Notes under the pieces: model-generated
What the model was told of the DNA's origin: nothing
What the model saw: the letters and a program-made list of their open reading frames with translations, nothing else
Databases searched by the model: none
Shown: positions 61,901-64,000 of the stretch, piece after piece
How positions within the stretch are numbered: the stretch's first letter is position 1
Layout: every line of letters begins with the position of its first letter
DNA from: Vitrella brassicaformis CCMP3155
Taxonomy: Eukaryota; Protista; Chromerida
Assembly (NCBI GenBank): GCA_001179505.1
Contig: CDMY01000454.1
Location: 9,520 to 73,519, forward strand
Length of the DNA: 64,000 bases
Direction: 5' to 3'
Position numbers and translations under genes: made by a program

Positions 61901-62924
61901 AGGAAGAGCAGCTCCAGGGCGGTCGGACCCTCAGCTGCACGACACGACACGACACGAACCATCCAAACACACAGACGGGTCTGTGTGTGGGGTGAGGGGA
62001 GGTGGGCTGTGGGGTGTGGGGTGTGGATTGGGCTTCTCCCTCCCACCTGCTGCCACGTGTCCGTAGAGCTTGCCTCTCGCGCTGAAGCGCTGCCGCCGCT
62101 GACATGACAGACAGACAGAAACGCGGGAAGATGTTGACGCAATGGCAGGCAGATGGACAATGGCAATATTCTATGCTCTGTGCTCACTCACTCACCGCCT
62201 CAGGTGTTTGAAGGTCAGTGGCCAGCTGGCTGAAGCTGAACACCATTCCCCTCTTGTGGAAGCAGAATCGTCTGCAGAAGTGCTCGTCCTCCCCGCCGCC
62301 ACAGCTGCCCTCCTCATCGTGCACAGCCACAGCCAGCCGCCGCACCGACCCCCGCACCCTCTGAGTGATCTCCACCTCCATCGCGTGGTCCGATTCCAGC
62401 AGCTCTTGGTCGGTCAGGGTGCCCTTGGGCTGCTCCGGCCATGAATCTTCATACTCGTCGGTGGTGATGAATCGGCGCACCTCCATGAAGGCCCTGCCGC
62501 GAGATGGCCTCTGGAAGAGGGCGGAGATCTCACCCAGCCGTCGGTCACGCCCATCGCTGAAGCTCAGGTAATCGCCTAAGCGCAGGATCTCGCCGTCGGG
62601 GAGGCTGCTGCTGCTGCTGCCGCCCGGTGGCTGTGCCCCGCCGCCCTGCAGGGCGCCTACATCATAGTATCGGGTGCCGCTCTCGTCTTGGTGTCTGAGA
62701 TGTCCGCTGCTGAACGTCATGTACTGCTCCTTCATCGTTCTTCTCCGCCACGAAAGGGGAAAGAAAGCCCCTTTCCGCGAAAGCTCGCTTTCGCCGGCCT
62801 GGATTCCTGTCCGAGCGGCTTTTAGGCCGCCAGATAATGACACGAACTGATCGGTGCTGGAGGTGATATGGAGTCGAAGACCAGCGTCTCTATGACTCAC
62901 TGCTGCACGCAACTCGCTGCTCAT
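58969..62924 (-). CDS. ORC1: Origin recognition complex subunit 1 (BAH + AAA+ + winged helix); start may instead be ATG at 62734
   Basis: BAH-like LRLGDYLSF..LGEISALF..FMEVRRF..QELLESDH..HFCRRF; Walker A GSVGTGKT; Walker B VLVLDEID; ALYDLFDL; VVFSPYTKDECEQILRERL; GDVRKLLQL. Confidence 0.88.
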
Positions 62925-63498
62925 TTGCGAGCTCAAATCTCACTACGGCACTTGTTTCCCCTCTTTTCCCCGATTTCTTTGACCTCATGTGTGTATGGCC
63001 ACACGGAGGAGTCGGGAGGACCGGTTTACGCGAAAAAATCCCAAAACGAATTTGCCAGATTCGAGAAAAACAGGAAGTCGATCCTCACTCGATCGGATCC
63101 GAGGTCGCTTCCCTGAGGCTTCGCTGGCCGCCTTTCTGCCTCCAGATGGCTACCTCAGTGCTTCTCACGCACTGCTACGAGCATTTTTGAGGAGAAAAAC
63201 GGCAGATGGTGGTGGGGAGTTCGCATGGGAGATCTCTCCCTTATCTCATCTCATCTGTCAGTGCGTCCTTCAGCCCGAAAGATCAGCCCCAAGGACAGCA
63301 TGGCGAGGCAGAGGAGCCACCACCTCACTCTAACAGCCCTTATCACTTCTCCCCTTCACCACCCGGCATCAAGCACAGCAAACAAACACTTACCCAGCCT
63401 CTTCCTGACCCACAGACAGCCAGTACAGCGACTTCCCTGCACTCTTCGTCTTGTCACCGCCCCGCTTGGCTGCCATCCGCCAGCCCTCAGCTGTCACT

Positions 63499-64000
63499 AT
63501 GACCGTCTTGGCCTTGTGTGCTTCGGCCTTGCTGCTGCTGGCATGTGCCGGCAGCTGTCGCCCAGAGCGGTTACGGCGGCTACGGCTCCACTCCCGGTGT
63601 GTGCGAGAAGAAGGCTGATGTGCACTACGAGTGCCCTTACGGCTTTGAGTTCGACGCCGGCTCACACAAGTGCATCAAACACGACTACCAGGACATCAAG
63701 TACTACTGCCCTCAGGTACTCAGACGCAAGCAGAACCCGTTGATTGGTTGATTTGCTCCCTTGATTGTGGGTGCAGGGCACCAAGAAGACCGCCGAGGGC
63801 TGCGTCAAGTACGTCTATGAGGAAAAGACACCCTACTGCAAACACGGCAAGCTCGACGGCCACAAGTGCTTCGATTACGAGTACTACCCCGTCGAGTACC
63901 GATGCCCTTACGGCTACGGCTTCACAGCCGACAAGGCCAAGTGCTACGCCGACAAGTATGAAGACAAGCTCTACAAGTGCCCTTACGGCTACGAGCTGAC
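63499..64000 (+). pseudogene. Second copy of the Cys/Tyr wall-protein gene (runs off window end) with a 2-nt deletion in the signal peptide
   Basis: ctggcatgtgccggca here versus ctggcatgtgtgccggca at ~35964. The missing TG shifts the frame after LLLLAC. Confidence 0.75.

Noticed and set aside
3456-64000. tRNA, rRNA, snRNA or spliced-leader genes in intergenic stretches (e.g. 3900-4400, 12560-13300, 45240-45900)
   Set aside because: No T-loop/D-loop, rRNA or snRNA signature was recognisable by eye. tRNAscan-SE or Infernal would be needed to exclude them fully.

Overview
GC-rich, intron-dense eukaryotic DNA. Introns are short (~70-150 nt) and full of (GT)n/(GACA)n/(GGAT)n microsatellites. With a clear Kelch13 orthologue and oocyst-wall-like proteins, this points to a chromerid alveolate, most likely Vitrella brassicaformis (inference). 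About 21 genes or gene fragments were hand-spliced. Recognisable genes: RsmF/YebU-type rRNA m5C methyltransferase, TBC Rab-GAP, secreted bacterial-type FAD oxidoreductase, stand-alone CaMKII hub domain, MCT-like MFS transporter, Zn alcohol dehydrogenase, two Cys/Tyr/Lys-rich wall proteins, CNBD K+ channel, Kelch13 and ORC1. Two lineage-specific F-box-like families are present (4 + 2 copies, most disrupted), one followed by a decayed kinase-like region. There are two ~300-nt N gaps. No rRNA, tRNA, CRISPR or transposase was recognised. Main observations: (i) about 18 of 21 genes form head-to-head pairs, and a 9-mer GCGA(G/T)CTTT occurs in 7 of the 9 shared 5' regions; (ii) a kinase-less CaMKII hub gene; (iii) a birth-and-death F-box/LRR-like repertoire; (iv) a K+ channel with a TIGFAD filter. 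Exon boundaries are manual and approximate.
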